Source: Candidatus Zipacnadia bacterium (GTDB taxonomy: Bacteria > Armatimonadota > Zipacnadia > Zipacnadales > Zipacnadaceae). Taken from it: DNA of 35,093 nt. Below are positions 15,464 through 25,417 of this stretch, in pieces (positions within the stretch are counted from its first letter, which is position 1; every line of letters begins with the position of its first letter). Location: contig JALGVG010000022.1 of assembly GCA_029819875.1 (NCBI GenBank), positions 1 through 35,093 on the forward strand. The letters run 5' to 3'. Both the position numbers and the translations under genes were made by a program. The notes beneath the pieces are model-generated. The model ran no database searches and was not told the origin of the DNA. It was given only the letters and a program-made list of their open reading frames with translations.

Positions 15464-16740
15464 TGAAGGTGCTAGTCGTGGGATCAGGAGGCCGGGAGCA
15501 CGCGCTGGCATGGAAGCTGGCGCAAAGCCCGGCCGTGGAAACCGTCTATTGTGCGCCGGGTAATGCCGGCTGCAGGCAAGCTGGCAAGGTGGTGGATATT
15601 GACGTGGAAGATGCCAGCGCCCTGGCCGATTTTGCCAAGGCTCAGCATGTGGACCTGACGGTGGTAGGCCCGGAGCTGCCGCTGGTAGGAGGCATTGCCG
15701 ACCTGTTCCAGCAGCGCGGGCTGGCGCTGTACGGGCCCACTCGGGCGGCGGCACAGGTGGAGGGCAGCAAGCGGTTTGCCAACGAGCTGCTCCACAGGCA
15801 CGGTATCTCCAGCAAGAAGTTCGCGGTGTTCGATGATGCTGCTTCGGCCAAGGCGTACGTGCGCCGGCAGGGAGCACCGATAGTGGTGAAGGCCGACGGG
15901 CTGGCGGCAGGCAAGGGGGTCAAGGTGGCACGGACGGTCGAGGAGGCGGAGCGCCATATTGATGCCTGCCTGGTGGAGGGAGTGTTCGGGGAGGCGGGCG
16001 AGGTGGTGGTGATCGAAGAATGCCTGGAGGGGCAAGAATGTTCCATAAAGGTGTTCACGGACGGCGAGACGGTAGTGCCGATGGTGCCGTCACAGGACTA
16101 CAAGCGCATCGGGGATGCAGATACGGGCGACAATACGGGGGGAATGGGCTGTTATTCGCCCGTGCCGGCGGTGGATGACGAGATATTCCGCCACATTGTT
16201 GAGAACATGATCACGCCCGCGGTGCGGGGTCTGGCCGAGGAGGGAATCGTGTACCGGGGGACACTGTACGCCGGCTGCATACTGACGGCGCAGGGGCCGG
16301 AGATACTGGAGTTCAACTGCCGGTTCGGCGATCCGGAAACGCAGGTCGTGCTGCCGCGGCTGGACGGTGACCTAGTGGAGATATTGCAAGCCACGGTCGA
16401 GGGGCGGCTGAGTGAGGTCGAGGTGCGGTGGCTGAAGGAGCGGGCGGTGTGCGTGGTAGTGGCGTCCGGGGGGTATCCGGGCAGCTACGAAAAGGGCAAG
16501 CCGATCAAGGGGCTGCAAGAGGCGGAGAGCGAGGCAGGGGTGGTCGTTTTCCACGCCGGAACGGCACTGCGGGACGGGCAATTGGTGACAAACGGCGGGC
16601 GGGTGCTGGGAGTGACGGCACTGGGCGCAAGCTTCGCAGAAGCCAGAGAGCGCGCTTACCGGGCGGTAAGCAAGATTGAGTTTGAAAAGATGTACTACCG
16701 CAAGGATATTGCATTGAGGGCGGTGCAGGCGGCAGAGTGA
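15463..16740 (+). CDS. purD: phosphoribosylamine--glycine ligase
   Basis: 425 aa. [19 protein letters not shown] is the canonical PurD N-terminus, followed by ATP-grasp blocks. The ATG shares one nt with the dnaB stop (TAATG). Confidence 0.95.
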   Translation: MKVLVVGSGGREHALAWKLAQSPAVETVYCAPGNAGCRQAGKVVDIDVEDASALADFAKAQHVDLTVVGPELPLVGGIADLFQQRGLALYGPTRAAAQVEGSKRFANELLHRHGISSKKFAVFDDAASAKAYVRRQGAPIVVKADGLAAGKGVKVARTVEEAERHIDACLVEGVFGEAGEVVVIEECLEGQECSIKVFTDGETVVPMVPSQDYKRIGDADTGDNTGGMGCYSPVPAVDDEIFRHIVENMITPAVRGLAEEGIVYRGTLYAGCILTAQGPEILEFNCRFGDPETQVVLPRLDGDLVEILQATVEGRLSEVEVRWLKERAVCVVVASGGYPGSYEKGKPIKGLQEAESEAGVVVFHAGTALRDGQLVTNGGRVLGVTALGASFAEARERAYRAVSKIEFEKMYYRKDIALRAVQAAE

Positions 16741-16768
16741 ACACCGCCAGCGAGGCAAGGAGGCCGCA

Positions 16769-17257
16769 ATGGTCGGCATCGTAATGGGCAGCGACTCGGA
16801 CCTGCGGGTAATGCAGGCATGTGCAGATCAACTGCGGGAGCTGGGTATTCGCTACGAAATGACAATCGCCTCGGCTCACCGCACGCCGCAGCGGGCGATG
16901 GAATATGCCAAGACGGCACGGCAGCGGGGATTGAAGGTCATCATTGCCGGCGCCGGAGGAGCCGCGCACCTGCCGGGAGTGCTGGCGGCGCACACGACAC
17001 TGCCTGTCATCGGCGTGCCCATTGCCAGCTCTGCGCTGCAAGGCGTGGACGCGCTGTATTCGATAGTGCAGATGCCGTCAGGGGTGCCGGTTGCCGCGGT
17101 GGGCATTGATGCGGCCAAGAACGCGGCGCTGTTGGCGGCCCAGATTCTGGCCGTCGCCGATGCGCAGCTTGCCGAGGAGCTTGCCCGGCAGCGGGCCGCG
17201 ATGGCCGAAAAGGTGCAAGCGAAGGCGGCAGAGCTGGAGGCGCAGGGGGCGAAGTGA
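16769..17257 (+). CDS. purE: 5-(carboxyamino)imidazole ribonucleotide mutase (class I PurE)
   Basis: 162 aa. [15 protein letters not shown] and [10 protein letters not shown] are class I PurE motifs. Confidence 0.95.
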   Translation: MVGIVMGSDSDLRVMQACADQLRELGIRYEMTIASAHRTPQRAMEYAKTARQRGLKVIIAGAGGAAHLPGVLAAHTTLPVIGVPIASSALQGVDALYSIVQMPSGVPVAAVGIDAAKNAALLAAQILAVADAQLAEELARQRAAMAEKVQAKAAELEAQGAK

Positions 17258-17328
17258 CGGCAAGGTTGGGGGGCGGCGGGAGCGTGCGGCTGCGATGAGA
17301 CGGTCATGTAAGAACCAGAGGTGTGCTG

Positions 17329-18801
17329 ATGAGGGAGTTTTCATGCCCTGACAGAGGGAAATGTCTGTTAGCCTGTCATCACACGTGGCGTGATGCGTGC
17401 GGGGTGTTCGGCATCTACGCCCCCGGCCAGGACGTGGCGCGACTTGCGTATTTCGGCATCTTCGCCCTGCAGCATCGCGGCCAGGAGAGTGCAGGTATTG
17501 CTACCGGCAACGGACACACATTGCAATGCAAGACAGGCTTGGGACTTGTTACGCAAGTATTCAACGAGGAAGATATCGCGCAACTGCAAGGCGACGTGGC
17601 ATTAGGCCACGTGAGGTATTCTACGACAGGCAGCAACGTACTTGCCAACGCCCAGCCCGTAATAGGTGAGCATCGCAGCGGGCTGTTCGCCTTGGCACAC
17701 AACGGCAACCTGATAAACGCAAGGGCCCTTCGGGATGAACTGGCGGCGGAGGGGGTGCAGTTCGAGGGGAGCAGCGACACGGAAATCATGGCGCACCTGA
17801 TAGCGAGGTCGAGTGCCGATTGCATCGAAGAGGCAGTCGAAGACATGATGTCGCAAGTGAAGGGCGCCTATTCGCTGGGCATTATCACGCCCACAAAACT
17901 GTTGGCGATACGCGATCCCAACGGCGTCAGGCCGCTGGCGGTGGGACGGTTCAACAGCGCCGGGTGGGTGATAGCGTCGGAGACCTGCGCATTGAACACC
18001 ATCAACGCCAGCTTTGTGCGCGAGGTGGAGCCGGGGGAGATGGTCATCATAGACAAGAAGGGGATGAACGCCGTCCAGGTTTTGCCGCCGCAGCGCAAGG
18101 CCGTTTGCATTTTCGAATTCATCTACTTCGCACGACCTGACAGCCATATTTACGGCAAGAGCGTGTACATGTCGCGGGTGCGGATGGGACATATGCTGGC
18201 ACAGCAGGCGCCGGCGGAGGCGGACCTGGTCATCGGGATCCCGGAAACCGGCATTCCGCACGCCATCGGTTTTGCCCAAGTGTCGAAGATTCCCTTCGGC
18301 GAGGGGTTCATCAAGAATCGCTACATTCATCGGACATTCATTGCGCCGGGCCAGAAGCTGCGGGACCTGGGCGTGCGCATGAAGCTGCGGCCGCTGGAGG
18401 AGTCAGTAGCCGGCAAGCGCGTGGTAGTGGTAGACGACTCGATCGTGCGGGGGACCACTACCGGCCCGGAGATTGCACTGCTGCGCGAGGCGGGAGCACG
18501 GGAGGTGCATCTGCGCATCAGTTGCCCGCCCATCAAGTGGCCATGCTTTTACGGGATTGACACCTCAACACGCAGCGAGCTTATCGCCTCGCGGCTGACC
18601 GTGGAGCAGATCCGCCAGCACGTGGGGGCCGATACCCTCGCATACCTGAACATGAAGAACCTGGTTGCGGCGGTGGGCTTGCCCAAATCCAACTTCTGCA
18701 CCGCCTGTTTCGATAACGACTACCCGATACCAATTCCGCCGGATCTCAGGATCAGCAAGTTCGAGCTGGAGGCGGAGCCCGCGGCGCGGGGCAGCAAGTA
18801 G
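17329..18801 (+). CDS. purF: amidophosphoribosyltransferase
   Basis: The CGVFGIY N-terminal nucleophile follows a propeptide, and the PRTase motif VVVVDDSIVRGTT is present. The Cys cluster (CPPIKWPCFYGID, CTACF) suggests the 4Fe-4S type. I chose the ATG at 17329, which has AGAGG about 10 nt upstream; the track start is GTG at 17323. Confidence 0.9.
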   Translation: MREFSCPDRGKCLLACHHTWRDACGVFGIYAPGQDVARLAYFGIFALQHRGQESAGIATGNGHTLQCKTGLGLVTQVFNEEDIAQLQGDVALGHVRYSTTGSNVLANAQPVIGEHRSGLFALAHNGNLINARALRDELAAEGVQFEGSSDTEIMAHLIARSSADCIEEAVEDMMSQVKGAYSLGIITPTKLLAIRDPNGVRPLAVGRFNSAGWVIASETCALNTINASFVREVEPGEMVIIDKKGMNAVQVLPPQRKAVCIFEFIYFARPDSHIYGKSVYMSRVRMGHMLAQQAPAEADLVIGIPETGIPHAIGFAQVSKIPFGEGFIKNRYIHRTFIAPGQKLRDLGVRMKLRPLEESVAGKRVVVVDDSIVRGTTTGPEIALLREAGAREVHLRISCPPIKWPCFYGIDTSTRSELIASRLTVEQIRQHVGADTLAYLNMKNLVAAVGLPKSNFCTACFDNDYPIPIPPDLRISKFELEAEPAARGSK

Positions 18802-18874
18802 CATCAGAAGGCCCCTGCCCCAGGCGTCAACAGGCGGGGAGTGGCAGCCCCCAGGTCCACGAGCGGCAACAACG

Positions 18875-19918
18875 ATGAAGCGACTCACCTACAAGGAAGC
18901 CGGCGTTGATATTGAGGCTGCAGACCGCGCGGTGGAGATGATGAAGGAGGCGGTGGCAGCGACGCATAACGCCAACGTGGTGTCGGCGCTGGCCGATTTC
19001 GGCGGCATCTACGCCCTCGGGGACTTAAGGCAGCCACTGCTGGTTGCCGGAACCGATGGGGTGGGCACCAAGCTGAAAATAGCGTTCGCCCTGGACAAGC
19101 ACGATACCGTGGGCCAGGACGTAGTGGCGATGTGCGTTGACGATATCGTGTGCCAGGGGGCACGGCCGCTGTTTTTCCTGGACTACATCGGCATCGGGCA
19201 ACTGGTACCCGAGAAGGTTGCACAGATCGTCAAAGGCGTGGCGATTGGCTGCCAGATAGCAGGCTGCGCCCTGCTGGGCGGCGAAACCGCCGAGCTTCCC
19301 GACCTGTACGCCAAGGGCGAATATGACCTTGCGGGGTTTGCCGTGGGAGTGACGGAACGCGACGGGATCATAGACGGAAGAGCCGTGCAGGCCGGGGATG
19401 TTGTCATTGCCTTGCCGTCGTCGGGTTTGCACAGCAACGGCTACTCGCTGGCGCGCAAGGTGCTGCTGGAGGTGGGCAAGATAGGCTTGGAGCAGCACGT
19501 CCCGGAACTGGGACGAACGCTGGGCGAGGAGATGCTTCAGCCCACGCGCATCTATTGTCGCAGCCTGGTGGCATTGTTCGAGGCCGGCCTGCGCCCCCAC
19601 GGCTTGGCACATGTTACGGGGGGCGGTATCGCGGGCAACTTAGCGCGCACGATTCCACCCGGGTTGTGCGCCCGGGTGGATGCCGGGAAGGTGGAAGTGC
19701 CGGCCATCTTCGAACTGATCAGGACGATAGGGAACATAGAAATTCAGGAGATGTACCGGACCTTCAACATGGGTGCGGGGATGTTGGTAGTGGTGGCGGC
19801 AGGGGAGGCGGAGGCAGTGATGCGGAGCCTCCAAGACAGCGGCGAGAAACCCGTTGTGGTGGGTGAAGTGGTGGTCGGAGATGAGCAAAGGGTGGAGCTG
19901 ACCTATCCTGCGATGTAA
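18875..19918 (+). CDS. purM: phosphoribosylformylglycinamidine cyclo-ligase (AIR synthetase)
   Basis: From the ATG at 18875, MKRLTYKEAGVDIEAAD... is the canonical PurM N-terminus. The track ORF start at 18665 overlaps purF and is an Arg/Pro-rich artefact. Confidence 0.95.
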   Translation: MKRLTYKEAGVDIEAADRAVEMMKEAVAATHNANVVSALADFGGIYALGDLRQPLLVAGTDGVGTKLKIAFALDKHDTVGQDVVAMCVDDIVCQGARPLFFLDYIGIGQLVPEKVAQIVKGVAIGCQIAGCALLGGETAELPDLYAKGEYDLAGFAVGVTERDGIIDGRAVQAGDVVIALPSSGLHSNGYSLARKVLLEVGKIGLEQHVPELGRTLGEEMLQPTRIYCRSLVALFEAGLRPHGLAHVTGGGIAGNLARTIPPGLCARVDAGKVEVPAIFELIRTIGNIEIQEMYRTFNMGAGMLVVVAAGEAEAVMRSLQDSGEKPVVVGEVVVGDEQRVELTYPAM

Positions 19919-19962
19919 GGAGAGTAAGCCTGCGCGGCGGCAGTGAGGCAAAAGGGCGCAGC

Positions 19963-19991
19963 TTGCAGGCCAAGGTGAGAGGCGCTATAAT
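19963..19991 (+). promoter_or_regulatory. sigma70-type promoter upstream of the GT-C-like gene
   Basis: TTGCAG (19963-19968), a 17-nt spacer, and TATAAT (19986-19991). This would give a ~165-nt leader containing two C7 tracts. Confidence 0.4.
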
Positions 19992-20163
19992 AACAAACAA
20001 CAAGTCAGTGAACACAAGGAATTCATAGCTCGGCACAATTTTCTCCCCCCCTTGTGTCGGGCATCAAAAACTCCCCCCCAACATAACTTGAGCATCCGGG
20101 AAAAAGGCCCAGGAGGGCAAAGCGCTGGGCGGCATCAAGCTGCCGCAGTACGCCTGCACATTG

Positions 20164-21792
20164 ATGAACGTGACGGGCAAAGCCTCATCAACACAGGAGC
20201 AAGCACGCAGCGAGCCGGAGCCGCGGCGCGTGGCGTGGCTGCTGTTCGGGCTGCTGGTGGTGACCTACCTGGTCACCGCCAAGGGGTTCACGGAAATCAC
20301 CGACGCGGAGAATTATCTTACCGTGACGCGTTCGCTGGTCAATCATGGGTGGGTGGACATAAGCACGGATGATGCGCTCACGCCGCATACTTTCAGGGCG
20401 ACGTGGCACGTGCAGGGACCTGATGGTCGGACCTACTCGCTGTGGGGGCTGGGGTACTCGCTGGCGCAGGTGCCGTTTTATGCGGCAGGGAAGGCGGCAG
20501 CCGGCCTTGCGGCCCGCTGGCTGCCCTCAATAAGGGGTCTTGAGCGGTTCTTGCCACGGGCGGCAGTCAGCCTGGTGGGGCCGCTGGCCACGGCCCTGAC
20601 AGCGCTGCTGGTGTTCTACGTGCTGATGGGCATGCGCCTGACGCCGACGTGGGCGACCGTCGGGGCGCTGGTTTATGGAGTGGGGACGCTCGCCTTTCCC
20701 TACAGCAAGATCGGCTTTTACGAACCATTCCAGGCACTGTGCGCCTTCGCGACGTTCGCCGCGGCCATCCATTACCGAAGGCACAGGCAGCCGTGGGCAA
20801 TCTGGGTGGCGGGCTTCGCCCTGGGATGGGGTGCATGCACGAAGTTGGTGTTGCTGCCGTTGCTGGTGCCGGTGGGGGCATACCTGGCATGGGTGATATT
20901 CGCCGGCAGCGCCGGAGCGGCCGGGCGCGGGAAGCGGTACCGGGACATAGCGTGCTTCCTGGCCGGCGTGGTGCCGTGGATCGCGGTGATCCTGTGGTAC
21001 AACTGGGTGCGGACAGGGAGCGTGTGGCAGACCGGCCAGCGGGCTGCGGACTTGGTGTTTTCCGCGGCCCCGGGGGTCGTGGTTTCGCGCTTCATTTATT
21101 ACTTCTTCAGCCCGGGTTCGGGGCTGTTCATCTACAGCCCGCTGCTGTTGCTGTTCTTCCTGGGCTTACGGCCGGCGTGGCGACAGTGGAAGATCGAGGT
21201 GCTGATGGGCGCAGGGATAGCGGCATGCCTGGCCGGCCCGTACATGCTGCAGGTGAACCTGCTTGACACGTGGTCGTGGGGCCCGCGGTACATGGTTCCG
21301 CTGGTGCCGCTGCTTTTCATACTCACCATGCTGGCGGTCGTCCGCCTGTGGGAGACGACACGCGGGCGGCGAGTGGCGGCGGCGTTCGTGGCCCTGAGTA
21401 TCGTGGTGCAGCTATTGGCCATTGCGACGCCCTACGGCAATCACTACCGGCGGGTGCGGCAGCAGTACGGAACAGTGGCGGCGATTGCGTACCAGCCGGC
21501 GGCGTTTCCCTTGGCGGGGCAGGTGAGGTCGTTGCTGCAAGCCTCCTTCAAGCGCATCGTCGTGGACCGGCGGGAAGTGGCAAGCGGCATCATCCCCGAG
21601 CACATCAAGTCCGAAGTGCGTCGGAGCCTGGATTTCTGGTGGGCATATGCTTATCGCCTGGGCCTGCCACGCGGGGTGATAATCGGGCCGCTGGGGCTGC
21701 TTATCGCCTTGGTGGGCCTGTTCTCACAGCAGCTTGTTGCTACACTCCGCAGGCCTCGCGTTCGTCGCCCCACTGCAACGGCCGGGCATTAA
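20164..21792 (+). CDS. polytopic membrane protein, GT-C fold glycosyltransferase-like (ArnT/PMT-like)
   Basis: About 542 aa with many TM segments. The first extracytoplasmic loop has an acidic motif EITDAENY, reminiscent of the DE-type motif of family 39/83 glycosyltransferases. The family call is tentative. Confidence 0.5.
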   Translation: MNVTGKASSTQEQARSEPEPRRVAWLLFGLLVVTYLVTAKGFTEITDAENYLTVTRSLVNHGWVDISTDDALTPHTFRATWHVQGPDGRTYSLWGLGYSLAQVPFYAAGKAAAGLAARWLPSIRGLERFLPRAAVSLVGPLATALTALLVFYVLMGMRLTPTWATVGALVYGVGTLAFPYSKIGFYEPFQALCAFATFAAAIHYRRHRQPWAIWVAGFALGWGACTKLVLLPLLVPVGAYLAWVIFAGSAGAAGRGKRYRDIACFLAGVVPWIAVILWYNWVRTGSVWQTGQRAADLVFSAAPGVVVSRFIYYFFSPGSGLFIYSPLLLLFFLGLRPAWRQWKIEVLMGAGIAACLAGPYMLQVNLLDTWSWGPRYMVPLVPLLFILTMLAVVRLWETTRGRRVAAAFVALSIVVQLLAIATPYGNHYRRVRQQYGTVAAIAYQPAAFPLAGQVRSLLQASFKRIVVDRREVASGIIPEHIKSEVRRSLDFWWAYAYRLGLPRGVIIGPLGLLIALVGLFSQQLVATLRRPRVRRPTATAGH

Positions 21793-21875
21793 ACCGACCG
21801 TTGCGCACCACAAGGGATTGTGTTATTCTTCTGCCCCGGCATATTCCCACTTCATTTCTTCATAGACGGCTAGCA

Positions 21876-22850
21876 ATGCAGGACCGACAGGGCAAGTCAA
21901 AGTTTAACGCAGACACTGCTCGTCCCAAACGTCGCGGCAAGGGCCAAAGCCACCTGGGAGCTTATTGGTTTCTTGCTCCCAATGCCATTGGCTTTCTGGC
22001 GTTCACCTTCATCCCCATCATCGCGGCGTTCTGGATTTCGCTGTATCGCTGGGACCCGGTAGAGGGCTGGCGGGGGATGAGATGGGTCGGGTTGCACAAC
22101 TACCTGGATATCCTAGGGTTCTATCGCGATGCAGTGGGCAGCATAAAGGCCTCCGATGAGCGGTTCTGGGCGTACATGTACAACACCGTGTATCTGATGC
22201 TGGGTATTCCCATCGGAATGGTGTTGTCGCTGATGACGGCGCTGTTGCTCAACCACCGGCTGCGGGGTATCGTCTTTTTTCGGACAGTTTTCTTCATTCC
22301 CACGATATGCTCATCGGTGGCCGTGGCAGTAGTCTGGCGGTGGATTTACCAGCCCGACAACGGCCTGCTCAACCAGCTCTTGCGCATGGCAGGGGTGACC
22401 AATCCTCCCAACTGGCTGATGGATCCGACATGGGCCAAGCCGGCGCTCATCCTGGTGGGCCTGTGGATGGGGATCGGGGGGTACAACTGTATCTTGTACC
22501 TTGCGGGATTGCAGAACATTCCGCGGGAATTGTACGAGGCGGCCGAGATAGACGGGGCAGGATGGTGGGCGAAGCTGCGGTACATAACGTGGCCGCAACT
22601 GGCGCCGACCACGTTCTTTATCCTGGTGACGTCGGTGATAGCAGGCTTCCAGGGGCATTTTACGGCGATTCACATCCTGACGCGGGGGCGGGCGGGGACG
22701 ACGAACTTGCTGTACTATATCTACCAGAACGCGTTCGAGTGGCACAACATGGGCTATGCGTGCGCGCTGGCGGTAATATTGTTCTTCATCATCTTTGCGT
22801 TCACGTTGGTGCAATGGAAATATGGCAAAGAAGCGCGGCAAGAGTGGTAA
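21876..22850 (+). CDS. carbohydrate ABC transporter permease (MalF/UgpA-like)
   Basis: From the ATG at 21876 the protein is 324 aa. The N-terminus YWFLAPNAIGFLAFTFIPI and the EAA loop LYEAAEIDGAGWWAKLRYITWPQLAP are present. The track ORF start at 21270 overlaps the previous gene and is rejected. Confidence 0.9.
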   Translation: MQDRQGKSKFNADTARPKRRGKGQSHLGAYWFLAPNAIGFLAFTFIPIIAAFWISLYRWDPVEGWRGMRWVGLHNYLDILGFYRDAVGSIKASDERFWAYMYNTVYLMLGIPIGMVLSLMTALLLNHRLRGIVFFRTVFFIPTICSSVAVAVVWRWIYQPDNGLLNQLLRMAGVTNPPNWLMDPTWAKPALILVGLWMGIGGYNCILYLAGLQNIPRELYEAAEIDGAGWWAKLRYITWPQLAPTTFFILVTSVIAGFQGHFTAIHILTRGRAGTTNLLYYIYQNAFEWHNMGYACALAVILFFIIFAFTLVQWKYGKEARQEW

Positions 22851-23376
22851 CAAGACACGGCGACGGCTGCCTGCCAGGTACGCTCCCAGCCGCGGGTCGC
22901 AGGCGCGGCTGCTTTCCCACGGGGTGTACTATCTATTCTACCTGGGCGTAGCGGGCCTGGTGCTGATGGGCCACAGGCTGTTCGGCTGGAGCATGGGGAC
23001 CGCCGTCATCATGGCCGGAATCTGGCTGATCCTGGTGGGATTGATGGTACGGGTGGATATCGGCAGAGTGATCGCCGCGGAGGTGACCGAAGAAAGGTTG
23101 CGGTTGCGGCGCCTGTGGGGGTGGAGTGAGTACCCGTGGGGGCGCATTCGCGGGTTTTTGTACAAGCGCCCCGAGGACGGCAAGCTGGTAGTCGTGAAGG
23201 TGGTTCCCAAGTACGCCGACGGCCGCATCCCGCGGTTCACGACGCTGGTGCTGTCCAACAACCGGCGGATTCGGATTGACAGGCGGGCCATTCAGAACAC
23301 CCCCGCGTTGTTGGAAGATATTGCGCGGATGGTCCGTCGAACAGCGGAGGGCGACGATGCAGCGCAGTCGCAGTAG
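22822..23376 (+). CDS. small membrane protein (2 TM + possible bacterial PH-like domain) nested between ABC permease genes
   Basis: From the ATG at 22822 the sequence is MAKKRGKSGNKTRRR.... It has two hydrophobic segments (VYYLFYLGVAGLVLMG, AVIMAGIWLILVGLMV) and then a ~100-aa soluble domain. It overlaps the upstream gene by 29 nt and the downstream gene by 20 nt. Confidence 0.55.
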   Translation: MAKKRGKSGNKTRRRLPARYAPSRGSQARLLSHGVYYLFYLGVAGLVLMGHRLFGWSMGTAVIMAGIWLILVGLMVRVDIGRVIAAEVTEERLRLRRLWGWSEYPWGRIRGFLYKRPEDGKLVVVKVVPKYADGRIPRFTTLVLSNNRRIRIDRRAIQNTPALLEDIARMVRRTAEGDDAAQSQ

Positions 23377-24532
23377 GCAGCGGCTTTGGGCAAGTATAGG
23401 CGTTTACGTGCTCCTAAGCGTCGGAGGGGCGACCATGGTAGTGCCGCTGCTGTGGATGATAAGCACGTCCCTGAAGGAGCCGGCCTCGGTGATGACATAC
23501 CCGCCGCAGTTCATTCCGCGCAAGCAGCGCATGTGGCGGGATCCGCAAACCGGAGCCAAGCTGCCGCTGTTCACCACCGAGATAGACGGCAAGGTTGTAA
23601 CGGTGGCACGTGTGCGTAACCTGCTGGACAGCGCGGAGGTGAAAATCATCGGGCCGGCGGGGACGGCGGTAGGCAAGGCGGTGGTGCCGCTGTACGTGGA
23701 GCGCGAGGGGAGGATGCGGCCGAACCTGCGGCCGGTGATGGACGTATACTTGCGGTGGCGCAATTACGTGGAGGCTGCCACTGCAATGCAGTTGGACCGC
23801 AACTGGCTGAGCTTCGAGGTGCCGGCGTATCGCTTCAAGCTGCTGGGAGCCACCTACCAGACCAGGCCGTGGGGGTGGGAGGGCATTCCCCTGCGCAACG
23901 CCTTCGCGGCCTTCTACCTCAACTCGCTCATCGTGTCCATCAGCGTAACGGCGCTGGCGGTACTGACCTCGACGCTGGCTGCCTTTGCCTTCGCGCGCTT
24001 GCATTTCCCGGGGCGCGACGCCCTGTTTTTGGGGTACCTGGGGACGCTGATGGTGCCCACCGTGGTGACGATGATCCCCGTGTTCATGCTGCTGAAGACC
24101 CTGCACATGATTGACACGTACGCGGCGCTGATCCTGCCCGTCTCCTTTACCGCCTACGGCACGTTCCTGCTGCGGCAGTTCTTCTTGAGCATTCCCCACG
24201 AGCTGGAGGACGCCGCGCGGATAGACGGCTGCGGGCACTGGGGAGTGTTGCGGCACGTGGTACTGCCGCTGTCGAAGCCGGCCCTGGCGACGCTGTCCAC
24301 GTTCATCTTCCTGGGCACGTGGAACAGCTTCATGTGGCCGCTTATCGTAATCAACTCGATGCAGCGCCGCCCGCTGATGCTGGGGCTGTATGCCTTCATG
24401 GGCCGCTACACGGCGGACTGGCACCTGATGATGGCGGCCTCGGTGATGGTCATCGTGCCGGTGCTGATCGTGTTCGTCCTCGGCCAGCGATACTTCGTCG
24501 AAGGCATCCGAATGACGGGGCTGAAGGGATAG
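23357..24532 (+). CDS. carbohydrate ABC transporter permease (MalG/UgpE-like) with enlarged periplasmic loop
   Basis: From the ATG at 23357 the protein is 391 aa. The EAA loop is LEDAARIDGCGHWGVLRHVVLPLSKPAL. There are about 150 aa between TM1 and TM2. Confidence 0.9.
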   Translation: MQRSRSRQRLWASIGVYVLLSVGGATMVVPLLWMISTSLKEPASVMTYPPQFIPRKQRMWRDPQTGAKLPLFTTEIDGKVVTVARVRNLLDSAEVKIIGPAGTAVGKAVVPLYVEREGRMRPNLRPVMDVYLRWRNYVEAATAMQLDRNWLSFEVPAYRFKLLGATYQTRPWGWEGIPLRNAFAAFYLNSLIVSISVTALAVLTSTLAAFAFARLHFPGRDALFLGYLGTLMVPTVVTMIPVFMLLKTLHMIDTYAALILPVSFTAYGTFLLRQFFLSIPHELEDAARIDGCGHWGVLRHVVLPLSKPALATLSTFIFLGTWNSFMWPLIVINSMQRRPLMLGLYAFMGRYTADWHLMMAASVMVIVPVLIVFVLGQRYFVEGIRMTGLKG

Positions 24533-24628
24533 CAGGTCGCGTTGTCGCCCCCGAGGCACTCGGTATGACAACGGATGGTTCGTTCCCCGACTGTCGGCCG
24601 CAGGCCCTCTAGGTGGGCGGTTATCGCC

Positions 24629-25417
24629 TCATCTTACGTTGTCCAGCAGTCGCTGCATGTTCCGGCCTAGGATAAGCTCCTTGTCGGTTTCAGATATGTG
24701 TGCGGCCATCACCATTCCCAGGCGCTGGCCCGGGTCGGAGGCAGGCAGGTCGGAGCCGTACAGGATGCGCTGCGGGCCGATCTTGTCGCATAACAGCTCC
24801 AGGGTGCCGGCAATCATCGTAGTGGCCGACATGTCACAATAGACGTTGGGCAGCTTAGCCATTGAGATGCAGAAGTCGGGAACGGCCGAGCCGTGGGCGA
24901 CGATAAAATTGGCGCCCGGATAGCGGCGGGCGATTTCGCCGGTCACGATGCCGTGGCAGAGGATGGGAGCGCCACGCTGCTGGGCGAACTCCCAGGTGGG
25001 CTGCAGCGGGTCATCGAGCTCGAAGTACCGGCAGGCAAGGGGGTAGGATTCGTTGACGTTTATCACCTTGATGCCCTTGAAGCCGAATTCGTCGAAGCAG
25101 CGCTTCAGCTCGGCCTGCTGCACCTCTTCCCCACCTTCGAAGTAATTGATGTAGCAAAACCCCACTACGCGGTCGGGATACCGCCGCACGCAGTCAGCCA
25201 CTCGGTCGTTGCCCAGGCGCATCTGAGGGCAGGCGGCATAGTTGACGCAGATCTTGTCTATCCCCACGGCGTCGCAGACCTCGAGGATGCCTTCGATGTG
25301 GCGGTCGATGGCATACATGCCTATCCAAAGATCGACATGGCAGTGGCCGTCGATCACCAGGCAATCGGCAAGCGGTGCGTCAGTGCCGCACATATCAATG
25401 AAGCGGTCGGTCGCCAT
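24629..25417 (-). CDS. amidohydrolase-2 (PF04909-like) family metal-dependent hydrolase
   Basis: 262 aa. IDGHCHV is the metal-binding start, followed by TIM-barrel hydrolase features (HGS..., D at the C-terminal strand). AGGAGG lies 10 nt upstream. There is a one-nt overlap with the upstream gene. Confidence 0.8.
   Translation of the reverse strand: MATDRFIDMCGTDAPLADCLVIDGHCHVDLWIGMYAIDRHIEGILEVCDAVGIDKICVNYAACPQMRLGNDRVADCVRRYPDRVVGFCYINYFEGGEEVQQAELKRCFDEFGFKGIKVINVNESYPLACRYFELDDPLQPTWEFAQQRGAPILCHGIVTGEIARRYPGANFIVAHGSAVPDFCISMAKLPNVYCDMSATTMIAGTLELLCDKIGPQRILYGSDLPASDPGQRLGMVMAAHISETDKELILGRNMQRLLDNVR

Noticed and set aside
21270-21875. N-terminal 200-codon extension of the first ABC permease ORF (track start 21270)
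   Set aside because: It overlaps the GT-C-like gene in another frame and gives an Ala/Gly/Arg-rich sequence. Permease homology begins at the ATG at 21876.
22839-22848. 10-nt match (CAAGAGTGGT) to the cassette core inside the ABC permease gene
   Set aside because: It is an isolated 10-mer inside coding sequence, without the direct repeats, the G8 tract or a -10. It is most likely chance.
23414-24571. 385-aa minus-strand ORF antisense to the second ABC permease
   Set aside because: The product has extreme Arg/His/Gln composition. The plus-strand frame has the EAA loop and TM segments.
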